64,000 nt of DNA from Gemmatimonadales bacterium (GCA_035637455.1 DASPXE010000305.1:3253-67252), one strand, 5' to 3'. Shown: positions 52,124-62,350, numbered from the stretch's first letter. The notes: a model not told the origin generated them from the letters alone. Numbers and translations are program-made.

Positions 52124-54375
52124 GCCTCCCGCTCAACCCCGCGCAAGACGCCGCCGTGCGACACGCGGGCGGCCCGCTGCTCGTGCTGGCGGGCGCGGGC
52201 TCCGGCAAGACGCGCGTCCTCACCGCGCGGATCGCCTACCTGATCCAGGAGCGGGGCGTCGCCCCGCAGAAGATCTTCGCCGTGACCTTCACGAACAGAG
52301 CGGCCGGCGAGATGCGCTCCCGCGTGGCGGCCCTGCTTGGCGCGGATCCGAAGGGGCTGTGGATCGGCACCTTCCATTCGCTCTCGGCCCGGCTGCTGCG
52401 GCGCGAAGCGGCGCACCTCGGGTTCGGGCCGAACTTCACCATCTACGACCAGGACGACTCCGAATCTTTCATCAAGCGCCTGCTGGAGCAGCAGGGGCTA
52501 TCGCCCAAGGCGAACCCCCCGCGCGCGATCCACGCCGTGATCTCGAGCGCCAAGAACCGCATGCTGCTCGCCGAGGAGCTCGGCGCCCAGGCCGAAAGCC
52601 CCCTCGAGCGCGTCGCCGCCCAGATCTACGCGGTGCTCGGACCGGCGCTCCGGCAGGCGAACGCCATGGACTTCGACGACCTGCTCCTCCACCCGCTCGC
52701 CCTGTTCCGGGAGCACCCGGAGCGACTCGCCTACTGGCAGCAGCGGTTCGAGCACGTGCTGGTGGACGAGTTTCAGGACACGAACGCGGCGCAGTATCGC
52801 CTGGTGAAGCTGCTCGCCGCCCGGCATACGAACCTCTGCGTGGTGGGTGACGACGACCAGGCGATCTACGGCTGGCGCGGGGCCGACGTGCGTCACATGC
52901 TGTCGTTCCAACAGGACTTCCTGGACGCGACCCTGATCAAGCTCGAGCAGAACTACCGCTCCACGCAGGTGATCCTCGACGCCGCCAACGGAGTGATTGC
53001 CGAAAACGCGCGCCGGCTCGGCAAGACGCTGTTCACCGCGACACCAGGCGGGGAGCCCGTCACGCTGCTGACGGCGGCGGACGAGCGCGACGAGGCGGAG
53101 TGGCTCGCAGGGGAGCTGTCACGGCGCGCGGCCGAGGCGGACGTCCCATACGAAGGCATGGCCATCCTGTACCGCACCAACGCGCAGTCCCGCCCGCTGG
53201 AGGAGGCGTTCCGGTTCCGGGGGATTCCCTACCGGCTGGTTGGGGCGGTGAGCTTCTACGAGCGGCGCGAGGTGAAGGACGTCCTCGCCTACCTGCGTTT
53301 GATCGCGAACGCTGCGGACGACGAGGCGTTCGTGCGGGTGGTCAACGTGCCGCGGCGCGGGATCGGTGACGCCTCGCTCTCTCAACTGCTGCGGATGGCC
53401 GCCCAGTGGGGGAAGCCGCTGCTCGAAACGGCGCGTGCGGCCGACCGCGTCGCGGACCTCCGGCCCAATGTGCGGGAGGCGTTCCTGGCGCTCGCCCGGC
53501 TGATCGACGACCTCCGGGCGCGCTACGGGGACGCCGACCCCGCCACGGTGCTCGAACGGTTGATCGCGGCCGTGGGGTACGGGCAGTACCTCGCCGACGA
53601 AGGACCGGAGGGGATCGAGCGGCTCGAGAACGTGCAGGAGCTCATCGCCGGGGCGGCGGCGTGGGCGGAGACGGCGGCCGACGAGGGGGATGAGGCTGGG
53701 GATGAGGCCGGGGAAGGGCGTAGCAGGGAGGGGGCGTCGCTGATCGAGCGCTATCTCACTCAGGCCGCCCTCGTGACGTCCGCCGATCAGGGGACCGGCG
53801 ATCCGACGGGTGTGACCCTCATGACGGTCCACATGGCTAAGGGACTCGAGTGGCCTGTGGTGACGCTCGCGGGTCTCGAGGACGGGCTGTTCCCCTTGGC
53901 GCGGGCGGCGGGGGAGCCGGGGGGGCTCGAGGAGGAGCGTCGGCTGTGCTACGTGGGGCTCACGCGTGCGCGCGAAAAACTGTATCTCTCATGGGCGCGC
54001 ACGCGGTACCGGAACGGGCGGCTCGAGCTGTCGGAATCGTCCCGCTTCCTCGAAGCGTTGCCACCGGCGGTCGTGGAAGAGCGGAGCACGACGCCGCTGT
54101 GGGACCGAGCGCTGCGCTCGTCCGGCGGCAGCACGCGCCGTGGGGCCCACGCGCCCGTCGAGGTGGACTGGATCGAGGACGCGCCGCAGGACGCGCCCCG
54201 CTACGTCGCCGGCGAACGGGTGCGCCACCGGAAGTTCGGCAGCGGGGTCGTCCGCGCCGTCTCCGGCTCGGGCCGCGATTTGAAAGTCATGGTGGAATTC
54301 GACGATCAAGCGATCGGAGCCAAGCAGCTGCTCGTGGCCTATGCGGGCCTTGAGCGCGAGTGGGAGAGCGCATGA
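52120..54375 (+). CDS. pcrA: ATP-dependent DNA helicase, UvrD/PcrA/Rep family
   Basis: ATGA overlap. LNPAQDAAVRHAGGPLLVLAGAGSGKTRVLT, TFTNRAAGEM, VDEFQDTN, GDDDQAIYGWRGA, MTVHMAKGLEWPVV, YVGLTRA. Confidence 0.9.
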   Translation: MSLPLNPAQDAAVRHAGGPLLVLAGAGSGKTRVLTARIAYLIQERGVAPQKIFAVTFTNRAAGEMRSRVAALLGADPKGLWIGTFHSLSARLLRREAAHLGFGPNFTIYDQDDSESFIKRLLEQQGLSPKANPPRAIHAVISSAKNRMLLAEELGAQAESPLERVAAQIYAVLGPALRQANAMDFDDLLLHPLALFREHPERLAYWQQRFEHVLVDEFQDTNAAQYRLVKLLAARHTNLCVVGDDDQAIYGWRGADVRHMLSFQQDFLDATLIKLEQNYRSTQVILDAANGVIAENARRLGKTLFTATPGGEPVTLLTAADERDEAEWLAGELSRRAAEADVPYEGMAILYRTNAQSRPLEEAFRFRGIPYRLVGAVSFYERREVKDVLAYLRLIANAADDEAFVRVVNVPRRGIGDASLSQLLRMAAQWGKPLLETARAADRVADLRPNVREAFLALARLIDDLRARYGDADPATVLERLIAAVGYGQYLADEGPEGIERLENVQELIAGAAAWAETAADEGDEAGDEAGEGRSREGASLIERYLTQAALVTSADQGTGDPTGVTLMTVHMAKGLEWPVVTLAGLEDGLFPLARAAGEPGGLEEERRLCYVGLTRAREKLYLSWARTRYRNGRLELSESSRFLEALPPAVVEERSTTPLWDRALRSSGGSTRRGAHAPVEVDWIEDAPQDAPRYVAGERVRHRKFGSGVVRAVSGSGRDLKVMVEFDDQAIGAKQLLVAYAGLEREWESA

Positions 54376-54674
54376 GCGTCACGCACGAGGAAGTGTTGAA
54401 GATCGCGCAGCTGGCGGAGCTCGACGTGGACGAGACGACGCTTCCGGTCCTCACCGAGCAGATGTCGCGGATCCTCGAGTTCGTGGCCCAGATCGGCGCC
54501 GTGCCGGCAAGCGAGAGCGCCAAGCCGTTCGTGCCGGGCCCCGATGCGGTGCGGTTCCGCCCCGACGAGGTCAAGCCGTGGCCGCTGGCGTTTGGACCCG
54601 ACAAGCTGGCGCCGGCATTCCGGGGTGGATTTTTTCTGGTGCCGAAGTTGGGCCAATTCGAGGAAGAGGGATGA
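54372..54674 (+). CDS. gatC: Asp/Glu-tRNA amidotransferase subunit C
   Basis: ATGA overlap. MSVTHEEVLKIAQLAELDVDE. Sits directly upstream of gatA and gatB. Confidence 0.88.
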   Translation: MSVTHEEVLKIAQLAELDVDETTLPVLTEQMSRILEFVAQIGAVPASESAKPFVPGPDAVRFRPDEVKPWPLAFGPDKLAPAFRGGFFLVPKLGQFEEEG

Positions 54675-56059
54675 GCGATCCCGGCGAGGCGCTCGCGAAC
54701 GCCAAGGCGGCGGCCGACCGGATCGTCAAGGCCAAGCGCCTCAACGCCTGTCTCACGCCGCCGAAGGAGCTGCGGCAATCCCTCCAGAAGCAGGCCCAGG
54801 CCGCGCATCCGTCCGGTGTGCTGTACGGGATGCCGGTCGCGGTCAAGGACAATATCTGCACCCTCGAGTTCACCACCACCTGCGGGTCGAAGATCCTCGC
54901 GGGCTACCGCTCGCCGTACGAGGCGACGGCGGTGGCGAAGCTCAAGGCCGCGGGCGCGCTGGTGGCCGGCAAGACGAACTGCGACGAGTTCGGGATGGGA
55001 TCCTCCACCGAGCACTCGGCGTACGGCCGGGCGCTCCACCCCTTCGACAAGACACGCGTGCCGGGCGGCTCGTCGGGCGGCTCGGCGGCGCTGGTGGCCG
55101 CGGGCGCCGTGCCCGCGGGACTGGGGTCGGAGACCGGCGGCTCGGTGCGCCAGCCCGCGTCGTTCTGCGGTATCGTGGGCATCAAGCCGACGTACGGCCG
55201 GGTGTCCCGCTACGGGCTCGTGGCCTTCGGCTCCTCGCTCGATCAGATCGGCGTGTTCGGGCGGAGTGTCCACGACGCCGCCCGCGTGCTGTCGGTGATC
55301 AGCGGGCGGGACCCCCGGGACTCGACCTGCGAGGCACGCGACCCGTTGCGCCTCCCCACCGTTCCCGAGTCGCTGCAAGGGTTCGTAATCGGGATCCCGA
55401 AGGAGTACTTCCCACCGGACTTGGATCCCGCCGTGCGGCGCGCCTGCGACCGGGCGATCCGGGTGCTGAAGGAGCTGGGGGCCGCGGTGCGCGAGGTGTC
55501 GTTGCCGCACACGCAGTACGCCGTGCCGACGTATTACATCATCGCCCCGGCCGAGGCGTCGTCGAACCTGGCGCGCTACGACGGCGCGCGCTACGGACCG
55601 CGCTACGACGGCGCGCTCGACGTGCGGACGCTGTACCGCACCACTCGGGGGCAGGGGTTCGGACCCGAGGTGCGCCGGCGCATCCTGGTCGGGACGTACG
55701 TGCTGTCGTCGGGCTACTACGACGCGTATTACCGGCAGGCGCAGCAGATGCGCGCTCTGATCGCCCAGGACTTCCGCAACGTGTTCGACCGCGGCGTGGA
55801 CCTGCTGTTCACGCCGACCACGCCCACCCCGGCGTTCAAGGCGGGCGAGAAGCTCGCCGACCCGGTCGCGATGTACCTATCGGACATCTTCGTCGTGACG
55901 GCCAACCTCGCCGGCCTGCCGGCGATGTCGCTGCCCATCGGGCGGATCAAGGGGCTCCCGATCGGGGGCCAGCTCATCGGCCAGGCGTTCCTCGAGGACG
56001 AGATGATCGAGGCGGCGTACGCGCTCGAGCGGATGGTGCCCGGGACGGAGGACGCGTGA
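54671..56059 (+). CDS. gatA: Asp/Glu-tRNA amidotransferase subunit A
   Basis: ATGA overlap. Amidase signature GMPVAVKDNI, GKTNCDEFGMGSSTE, GGSSGGSAALVAAG...GSETGGSVRQPA. Confidence 0.93.
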   Translation: MSDPGEALANAKAAADRIVKAKRLNACLTPPKELRQSLQKQAQAAHPSGVLYGMPVAVKDNICTLEFTTTCGSKILAGYRSPYEATAVAKLKAAGALVAGKTNCDEFGMGSSTEHSAYGRALHPFDKTRVPGGSSGGSAALVAAGAVPAGLGSETGGSVRQPASFCGIVGIKPTYGRVSRYGLVAFGSSLDQIGVFGRSVHDAARVLSVISGRDPRDSTCEARDPLRLPTVPESLQGFVIGIPKEYFPPDLDPAVRRACDRAIRVLKELGAAVREVSLPHTQYAVPTYYIIAPAEASSNLARYDGARYGPRYDGALDVRTLYRTTRGQGFGPEVRRRILVGTYVLSSGYYDAYYRQAQQMRALIAQDFRNVFDRGVDLLFTPTTPTPAFKAGEKLADPVAMYLSDIFVVTANLAGLPAMSLPIGRIKGLPIGGQLIGQAFLEDEMIEAAYALERMVPGTEDA

Positions 56060-57492
56060 CCGCAGGAGGCGGCTGGGAAACGGTCATCGGCCTCGAGACG
56101 CACGTTCAGCTGCGGACCGCGTCGAAGATGTTCTGCGGCTGCTCCGCCGCGTTCGGCGCGCCGCCCAACAGCAACGTGTGCCCGGTGTGTCTGGGGCTGC
56201 CGGGCGCGCTGCCGGTGCCGAACGAGCAGGCCCTGAAGCTCGCGGTGCGCGCGGCGCTCGCCCTCGGCTGCACGCTGCACCCCAAGAGCGTCTTCGCCCG
56301 CAAGAACTACTTCTATCCCGATCTGCCGAAGGGTTACCAGATCTCGCAGTTCGAGCAGCCACTCGCCACCGACGGTGCGCTGTCCTATTTGTCACCCGAG
56401 CGGGGGCTCACGACCGCCACGATCGTGCGGCTCCACGTGGAAGAGGACGCTGGGAAGTCTTTGCACGACCGCTTCCCGAAGCAAACGGCGATCGATTTAA
56501 ACCGCTGCGGTGTGCCGCTGATCGAGATCGTCACCGGCCCCGACTTCCGCTCGCCTCAGGAGGCGCGGCGCTATCTCCAGACCCTGAAGCAGGTGCTCGA
56601 GTATGCTGGGATCTCCGACTGTGACATGGAGAAGGGAAGCCTGCGCGTGGACGCGAACGTCTCCGTGCGGCGCACCGGCGCGGCGGCGCTCGGCACCAAG
56701 ACCGAGGTGAAGAACATCAATTCGTTCGCCTACGTCGAGAAGGCGCTGTCGGTCGAGCGCGACCGCCAGATCGCGCTGCTCGAAGGCGGCGGCACGGTCG
56801 CGCAGCAGACGCTGCTGTACGACTCGAAGACGAGCAGCGTGCGTCCGCAGCGCAACAAAGAAGAAAGCCACGACTACCGCTACTTCCCAGACCCCGACCT
56901 GCCGCCGCTCGTCCTCACCGAGGAGTTCGTGGCCCAGCAGCAAGCCCAGCTCCCCGAGCTGCCGGCCAAGAAGCGCGAGCGCTTCATGACCCAGTACGCG
57001 CTGGGCGTGGCCGACGCGGACGTGCTTACCGGCGATCGGGCCGTGGCCGACTACTACGAGGCGGTGGTGCACGCCGGGGCGGACACTAAGCTCGCGGCGA
57101 ACTGGGTGATCAATGAAGTGCTGGGGGACGCGAAGACACACCAGGAGCAGCTGCGGGTACCGCCCGGCGCGCTGGCGCAGCTCATCGGACTGGTGCGCGG
57201 CAGCACGCTGAGCCAGCAGGCCGCCAAACGCGTGTTCGCCGAGGTGGCCGAGCGGGGCGGGGAGCCGCGCAACGTCGCGGAGGCACTCGGGGTCGTCCAG
57301 GTCGCGGACAGCGGAGTCGTCGCGAACTGGGTAAGCGAGGTGCTCGGCGCGCACCCGCAGGAGGTCATACGCTACAAGAGCGGCGACACGAAGCTGATAC
57401 AGTTTTTCGTGGGTCAGGTGATGAAGCTGTCGCGCGGGAAGGCGGATCCGAAGCTCGCGCAGCGAGTCCTGGAAGAAAAGCTAGCCGCCTGA
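56056..57492 (+). CDS. gatB: Asp/Glu-tRNA amidotransferase subunit B
   Basis: GTGA overlap. WETVIGLETHVQL, KMFCGC...NSNVCPVCLGLPGALP, NYFYPDLPKGYQISQ, C-terminal GKADPKL. Confidence 0.93.
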   Translation: MTAGGGWETVIGLETHVQLRTASKMFCGCSAAFGAPPNSNVCPVCLGLPGALPVPNEQALKLAVRAALALGCTLHPKSVFARKNYFYPDLPKGYQISQFEQPLATDGALSYLSPERGLTTATIVRLHVEEDAGKSLHDRFPKQTAIDLNRCGVPLIEIVTGPDFRSPQEARRYLQTLKQVLEYAGISDCDMEKGSLRVDANVSVRRTGAAALGTKTEVKNINSFAYVEKALSVERDRQIALLEGGGTVAQQTLLYDSKTSSVRPQRNKEESHDYRYFPDPDLPPLVLTEEFVAQQQAQLPELPAKKRERFMTQYALGVADADVLTGDRAVADYYEAVVHAGADTKLAANWVINEVLGDAKTHQEQLRVPPGALAQLIGLVRGSTLSQQAAKRVFAEVAERGGEPRNVAEALGVVQVADSGVVANWVSEVLGAHPQEVIRYKSGDTKLIQFFVGQVMKLSRGKADPKLAQRVLEEKLAA

Positions 57493-58449
57493 GCGGTCGC
57501 GCCACGGTCGCTGCGCTTGCGACGCCCGCCAGTACTCGAGTGCCGGTGCGGGCAGCCCGAAGTGCTCCTCCGCCGTCTGCTCCATGCGCTCCGGATCCTC
57601 GCGGCCGCCTTCGTGCAGCGCCTGGCGGCGCATCTGCTTGGCGAGCCGGAGCGCCTTGTCGCCCGCCGGGTCCAGGCGGCGCGCCGCCGCGTCATCCTCG
57701 CCGAGCATTTCCATGAGGTACTCGAACGCCACCGCCATGTGGCGCTCGACGTCGGCGTCGGGGAGGTCCCACCGGGTGTTCTCGAGGATCATCTGAAACG
57801 CCCACCGCCAGCTTTCGCTCTCCGTCAGGTGCACCATCCCGCGGAACAAGCGGCGACTGGTCCCGACACTGAACAGCGTGGGCGAGATGATCGTATCGAG
57901 GTGCGTGTCGCTCGGCGTGTGATCCTGGAGGATCAGCCCCTTCGCTTCCTTGGCGTAGGCGTCGCCCAGATGCGTCTCGAACCGGCTCTCCCAGTAGCTG
58001 TGGCCCAGTGCCGCCGTGCTCGAGGTGAGGACCAGCTGGCGGGGCACGAAGAAGTTGTGGGCGACGGTGTCCGCCGCGAGGTGGGAGAGATAGCCGAGTC
58101 CGAACGAGCGCAGCGGGTCGGTGGGGGCGAGGTCGAAGATCTCCTGGCCCACGTGCCAGGCATGGCAGTGCCGGCCCACCGGCGCGTACTTCTTGGCGAG
58201 GGATGTGTCGGCGGCGATGTTGCCGTACAGGTAGTCGAAGGGGAACGCCCGCAGCAGGTCGGCGACGGCGGTCGGGAGCTGGTGCAAGTTCGCCAGCACC
58301 GACTCGCCGAGGTAGACGTGCGTGCCCGGAGTCCAGGCGTGGGCGACCGCGGGGAGCAGCACGATGCCGGCGAGCGCTGCCGCCGTCGCCGCCACCAGCT
58401 GCCCCGCCTTCAGTGCTTCCTCCGGCGCTTGAGCGCGCGCCGCCCCCAC
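57481..58449 (-). CDS. zinc-dependent phospholipase C-like family protein
   Basis: Signal/TM AALAGIVLLPAVAHAWTPGTHVYLGE, with the mature N-terminal W..H typical of the family, and several His-rich segments (HCHAWH, LSHLAADTVAH). Overlaps the gatB 3' end by 12 nt (convergent). The start may be internal. Confidence 0.45.
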   Translation of the reverse strand: MGAARAQAPEEALKAGQLVAATAAALAGIVLLPAVAHAWTPGTHVYLGESVLANLHQLPTAVADLLRAFPFDYLYGNIAADTSLAKKYAPVGRHCHAWHVGQEIFDLAPTDPLRSFGLGYLSHLAADTVAHNFFVPRQLVLTSSTAALGHSYWESRFETHLGDAYAKEAKGLILQDHTPSDTHLDTIISPTLFSVGTSRRLFRGMVHLTESESWRWAFQMILENTRWDLPDADVERHMAVAFEYLMEMLGEDDAAARRLDPAGDKALRLAKQMRRQALHEGGREDPERMEQTAEEHFGLPAPALEYWRASQAQRPWRDRSGG

Positions 58450-58823
58450 TCGAGCACCGACAGGCCGCGCTGCACGTTGCGGAGCGTGGCCGCCACGTCG
58501 AGCGCCGTCGTCTCGACCTCCTCGTGCACCACCTCGAACAGCGCGTCCAGGTCGGCGAGGCGTGCCTCGGCCGCGTCCGCCGCCTTCACGATCCGGCCGC
58601 GCAGGTCGCGCGACGTGCCGACCAGGCTCTCCGCCTCCGTCCGGATCGTGGCCACGAGCTGTCTCAGGTCGGTCACGGCGGGCCCGGCGAGGTGCTCGAG
58701 GATGCGCAAGAAGGTGCGTAACGCGAGCACCGCCACCACGGAGGACAGCGCGATCGCGATCGCCGCCAGCGCCAGGATCGCCAAGGAAATCCCCGTCACC
58801 ACCGCCACCCAGGAAGGAATCAT
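58410..58823 (-). CDS. DUF948-like membrane-anchored coiled-coil protein
   Basis: N-terminal TM IPSWVAVVTGISLAILALAAIAIALSSVVAVLAL, then a helical region with ...DLRQLVATIRTEAESLV.... Confidence 0.5.
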   Translation of the reverse strand: MIPSWVAVVTGISLAILALAAIAIALSSVVAVLALRTFLRILEHLAGPAVTDLRQLVATIRTEAESLVGTSRDLRGRIVKAADAAEARLADLDALFEVVHEEVETTALDVAATLRNVQRGLSVLEWGRRALKRRRKH

Positions 58824-60145
58824 TCGCGGTCAGTCCGCCGAAGCATTGTCGTAAGCTCGGGGCTGACGGTCGCGGGTGTCAACGGCGCGGCCACTGCACG
58901 CGACGCGAGCTGCATCAGGGTCGGCGCCGCGAGCTGCGCCAGGGCGATACCCAACACGATCGTCGTGAGCACCGCGCCCGCCGCATCCCCCGCGCCCCCC
59001 GCCCCCGCCGCCCCCCCTGTGCTCCCGATCCCGCCGCCAGGGGTGTCGGGCCGGCCGCCGTACATGAGGAAATAGTTGATCCCGAGCGCCAGCGCCGTTC
59101 CGCCCTGGGCCACCGTCCCGAGCCCGATGTGCGGCGGCACGTCCCGTAGCTTGAGCGCCACGCGAGCGTAGCGCGCACTCGCCCAGCGTGCGCCGACCCG
59201 TAGCGCGGCCAGCACCGGCACGGCGGCCAGGATCCAGACCGTGGGCAGTGTGAGCAGCGCGCCGGCGATGATCAAGAAGACGGCGCAGATCGGGCGCTCC
59301 CATTCGGCGAGCGCGGTTTGCATCTGTCGCCGTCGGGGCGAGGCGTTCACGATCAACACGGCCGCAAGCGCGCACACCACGAACGGCGACAGGTCGGTCG
59401 CGTACCCGATGCCCGCGCCGAACAACATGCAGGCCGCGAGCGCGAGGCCCGCCTCCTCGCGTGCCGCCCGCAGCCGAGTCACGCTGAGGAACACCAGGCC
59501 GACCAGCACCCCGCTGCCGGCGGCGAACACGATCCAGGAGACCCATCCGAGCTCAGGATTGCCCGCGCCGAGCTGCGAGCGGTGCAGCGCCAACGGGACG
59601 ATCATGACAACCGCGCCGCAGGCCGTCTCGAGCGCGGCCGCGCGCTCGAGCGCGCGCGACGCACTCCTGCGCATGCCGACGGCCTGGGCTACCGCGGTGA
59701 CCGCGCGCGGCCCGGACACCGCAGCCACGGCGGCCAGAGCGAGCACGGCCGGCAGGCGCGGGGTCCAGGCGGTCGCGAGGGGCGGCACCAGCCGGGCGAG
59801 CAGCCAGGCGCCCAGCGCGACGACCACGACTACGCCGGTCGCCGTCGTCGCCGCGAGCAGCCAGGCGGCGCGCGGGATGCGCCGCACGTAGCGCCACTCG
59901 AAGCGCGCCCCGAGCAGGGCGCCGATCCAGCCGATCGCGAACGCGCTCACCGGAGCGAGCGCGCGCAGCAGCGGGCGGCCGATGAGCTCGATGCCGGGCC
60001 CGAGCACGAGACCCACCAGAATGAGCGGGACACCAGCGGCGATCGCGAGGTCGAGGTGCAGCGAAGGGCGCGACGGGAGCGGTGGCAGCCGCGTGGCGAG
60101 CAGCCCGGCGGCGGCGAGAAGCCCGAGCGCGAGAACCGGATTCAC
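58820..60145 (-). CDS. multi-pass membrane transporter, cation:proton antiporter-like
   Basis: ORF 58820..60634 trimmed to GTG 60145, because the upstream part is antisense to murA. About 11 TM segments. N-terminus NPVLALGLLAAAGLLATRL...ILVGLVLGPGIELI resembles Na+/H+ exchanger-type proteins. Gly/Ala-rich insert near the C-terminus. ATGA overlap with the next gene. Confidence 0.5.
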   Translation of the reverse strand: MNPVLALGLLAAAGLLATRLPPLPSRPSLHLDLAIAAGVPLILVGLVLGPGIELIGRPLLRALAPVSAFAIGWIGALLGARFEWRYVRRIPRAAWLLAATTATGVVVVVALGAWLLARLVPPLATAWTPRLPAVLALAAVAAVSGPRAVTAVAQAVGMRRSASRALERAAALETACGAVVMIVPLALHRSQLGAGNPELGWVSWIVFAAGSGVLVGLVFLSVTRLRAAREEAGLALAACMLFGAGIGYATDLSPFVVCALAAVLIVNASPRRRQMQTALAEWERPICAVFLIIAGALLTLPTVWILAAVPVLAALRVGARWASARYARVALKLRDVPPHIGLGTVAQGGTALALGINYFLMYGGRPDTPGGGIGSTGGAAGAGGAGDAAGAVLTTIVLGIALAQLAAPTLMQLASRAVAAPLTPATVSPELTTMLRRTDRE

Positions 60146-60206
60146 GCGCCGAACGTTCGCGAACGCTTGACGCGCGCGCAAGGCGCGCCGTAGCTTGCGT
60201 TCACCT

Positions 60207-61496
60207 ATGCCTCCGTCGTTCTGTGTCTCCGGTGGCCGCCCGCTCAAGGGGACGATCCAGCCGGCGGGCAACAAGAACGCGGCCCTTCCCATCCTCGCAG
60301 CGACGCTGCTCGCTGACGGGCCCTGCCGCATCGACAACGTTCCCCACATCCGCGACGTCGAAACCATGCTGGAGCTGCTGGCGCACCTGGGCGCGGCGGT
60401 CGCGTGGACGGCCCCGAACGCCGTCGAGGTGAACACGGCCCGGGCCGAGCCGCGCGAGCTGGACCCCAAGCTGTGCGCCCGGATCCGGGCGTCGATCCTG
60501 CTCGCGGGGCCGATGCTGGCGCGCTTCGGACGGGTGAGCTTGCCGCCCCCCGGCGGAGACGTAATCGGCCGCCGGCGCGTGGACACGCACTTCCTCGCGC
60601 TGGAGCGGCTGGGCGCGGAGATCACCGTCGGCACGACCTACAAGCTCGAAGCGAAGAAGCTCAGCGGGGCGGACATCTTCCTCGACGAGCCGAGCGTCAC
60701 GGCCACTGAGAACGCCCTCATGGCCGCGGTCGCGGCCTCTGGCACCACGGTGCTGCGTAACGCCGCCAGCGAGCCCCACGTCCAGGACTTGGCGCGCTTT
60801 CTCGGAGGCCAGGGCGCCAAGATCGACGGGCTCGGCAGTAACACGCTCACCGTCGAAGGGGGCACGCCGCTCCGCGCCGCGCCCTTCACGCTCGGCCCGG
60901 ATCACATCGAGATCGGCTCGTTCCTCGGGCTCGCGGCGGTGACGAACGGCGCCGTGACAATCGACGGGGTGCGCGCCGACGACCTGCGCGCCACGCTCAT
61001 GGCGTTCGAGCGGCTCGGCGTCCGGCCACGCCTCGATCGCGCCAAGCTCATCGTCGATGCTGATCAGGAGCGCCGTATCCGGCCGGATCTCGGGGGCCAC
61101 GTGCCGAAGCTGGAGGACGGTCCGTGGCCGGCGTTTCCAGCGGACCTCATGTCGATCGCGATCGTCGTCGCCTCGCAGTGCGAGGGCCTGCTGCTCGTGT
61201 TCGAGAAGCTGTTCGAGTCGCGGCTGTTCTTCGTGGACAAGCTGATCGGCATGGGCGCGCGCATCGTGCTGTGCGACCCGCACCGCGCCGTGATTGCAGG
61301 CCCCTCACCGCTGCATGGGCAGGTGGTCGAGAGCCCCGACATCCGAGCCGGAATGGCGATGCTCCTGGCAGCGCTCGCCGCTCAGGGGGACTCGGTGATC
61401 CACAATATCGGCCAGATCGAGCGCGGCTACGAGCGGATCGACGAGCGGCTCCGGGCGTTGGGGGCGCAGATCGAGCGGGTGGACGGTACACGATGA
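60207..61496 (+). CDS. murA: UDP-N-acetylglucosamine 1-carboxyvinyltransferase
   Basis: GTIQPAGNKNAALPILAATLLADGP, catalytic-loop region PPGGDVIGRRRVDTH, EKLFESRLFFVDKL. Start ATG 60207 (TTG 60195 is also in frame). Confidence 0.92.
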   Translation: MPPSFCVSGGRPLKGTIQPAGNKNAALPILAATLLADGPCRIDNVPHIRDVETMLELLAHLGAAVAWTAPNAVEVNTARAEPRELDPKLCARIRASILLAGPMLARFGRVSLPPPGGDVIGRRRVDTHFLALERLGAEITVGTTYKLEAKKLSGADIFLDEPSVTATENALMAAVAASGTTVLRNAASEPHVQDLARFLGGQGAKIDGLGSNTLTVEGGTPLRAAPFTLGPDHIEIGSFLGLAAVTNGAVTIDGVRADDLRATLMAFERLGVRPRLDRAKLIVDADQERRIRPDLGGHVPKLEDGPWPAFPADLMSIAIVVASQCEGLLLVFEKLFESRLFFVDKLIGMGARIVLCDPHRAVIAGPSPLHGQVVESPDIRAGMAMLLAALAAQGDSVIHNIGQIERGYERIDERLRALGAQIERVDGTR

Positions 61497-62350
61497 GCTC
61501 ACCGCCTTCCACCGCCCTCCACCGGCCTCCGCCGCCCTCGCTGCGCGAGCAGCCCGTCGCCGACGCCGCCGTCCCGCGCATGGCGCTCGCCGAATGGTCC
61601 GAGCGCTACGGCGTCGTCGCTGGCATCACGACCCGCGGGCGCGGGTTTTCCCTCGGGCTGTGGAGCGAGGAGAACGTGGGGCAGGTCATGTCCCGCTGGC
61701 GGGCCCTGCGCGCCGCCTTCCGCCCCGCCTTCCCGACCGTCGTGCTGAGCCACCAGATCCATGGCACGAGCCTGCGGTGGCACCGCCAGGGGCAGGAGGG
61801 CTGGCTCATCCTCGACGGCGTGGACGGGCACGCGACCGGGACGCCCGGCGTGCTCCTCACGGTGACCGTCGCCGACTGCGTCCCGATCTATCTCGTCGTT
61901 CCCAAGAAGCGCGTCGTCGCGCTGTTGCACGCGGGGTGGCGCGGCACGGCGGGGGGCATGCTGGAGCACGGAGTCGCGCTGCTACGCCGGGAGGCGTTCG
62001 TTACAGCGCAAGAGATTGTAATGCATTGTGGCGTTGGTATTTGTGGGGCGTGCTATGAAGTAGGTTCTGAGGTCTTGGAGCGGCTGACCCCGGACCGGCG
62101 GTCCGGGGTTGATCGAGCCGAAGCGGGGTTGGGGACCCCGGGGCAGCGCCCCGGAGTCAGCCGAGCGGCGGGTACCTCGGGGCACGTTGACCTGCGTGAG
62201 GTTCTGGTTCGTCAAGCGGCCGAGCTGGGCGTCACCGAAGTGTCCGTCTCGCCCTGGTGCAGCGCCCATGACCGCGAGCACTTCTTCTCGCACCGGGCGT
62301 CAGGCGGGCGCGACGGGCGGATGATCGCGTACTTAGGCGTCCCAGCTTGA
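61493..62350 (+). CDS. pgeF: peptidoglycan editing factor PgeF / YfiH (DUF152, laccase-domain) family
   Basis: ATGA overlap. HQIHG, VADCVPI, LHAGWRGTAGG, HCGVGICGACYEVG, FFSHRA. Confidence 0.8.
   Translation: MSSPPSTALHRPPPPSLREQPVADAAVPRMALAEWSERYGVVAGITTRGRGFSLGLWSEENVGQVMSRWRALRAAFRPAFPTVVLSHQIHGTSLRWHRQGQEGWLILDGVDGHATGTPGVLLTVTVADCVPIYLVVPKKRVVALLHAGWRGTAGGMLEHGVALLRREAFVTAQEIVMHCGVGICGACYEVGSEVLERLTPDRRSGVDRAEAGLGTPGQRPGVSRAAGTSGHVDLREVLVRQAAELGVTEVSVSPWCSAHDREHFFSHRASGGRDGRMIAYLGVPA

Noticed and set aside
58820-60634. 604-aa reverse-strand ORF whose first roughly 160 aa overlap murA in antisense.
   Set aside because: The N-terminal part is non-hydrophobic, Arg/Ser-rich and antisense to the conserved murA 5' region. 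The transporter-like hydrophobic protein begins cleanly at GTG 60145 (VNPVLALGLL).
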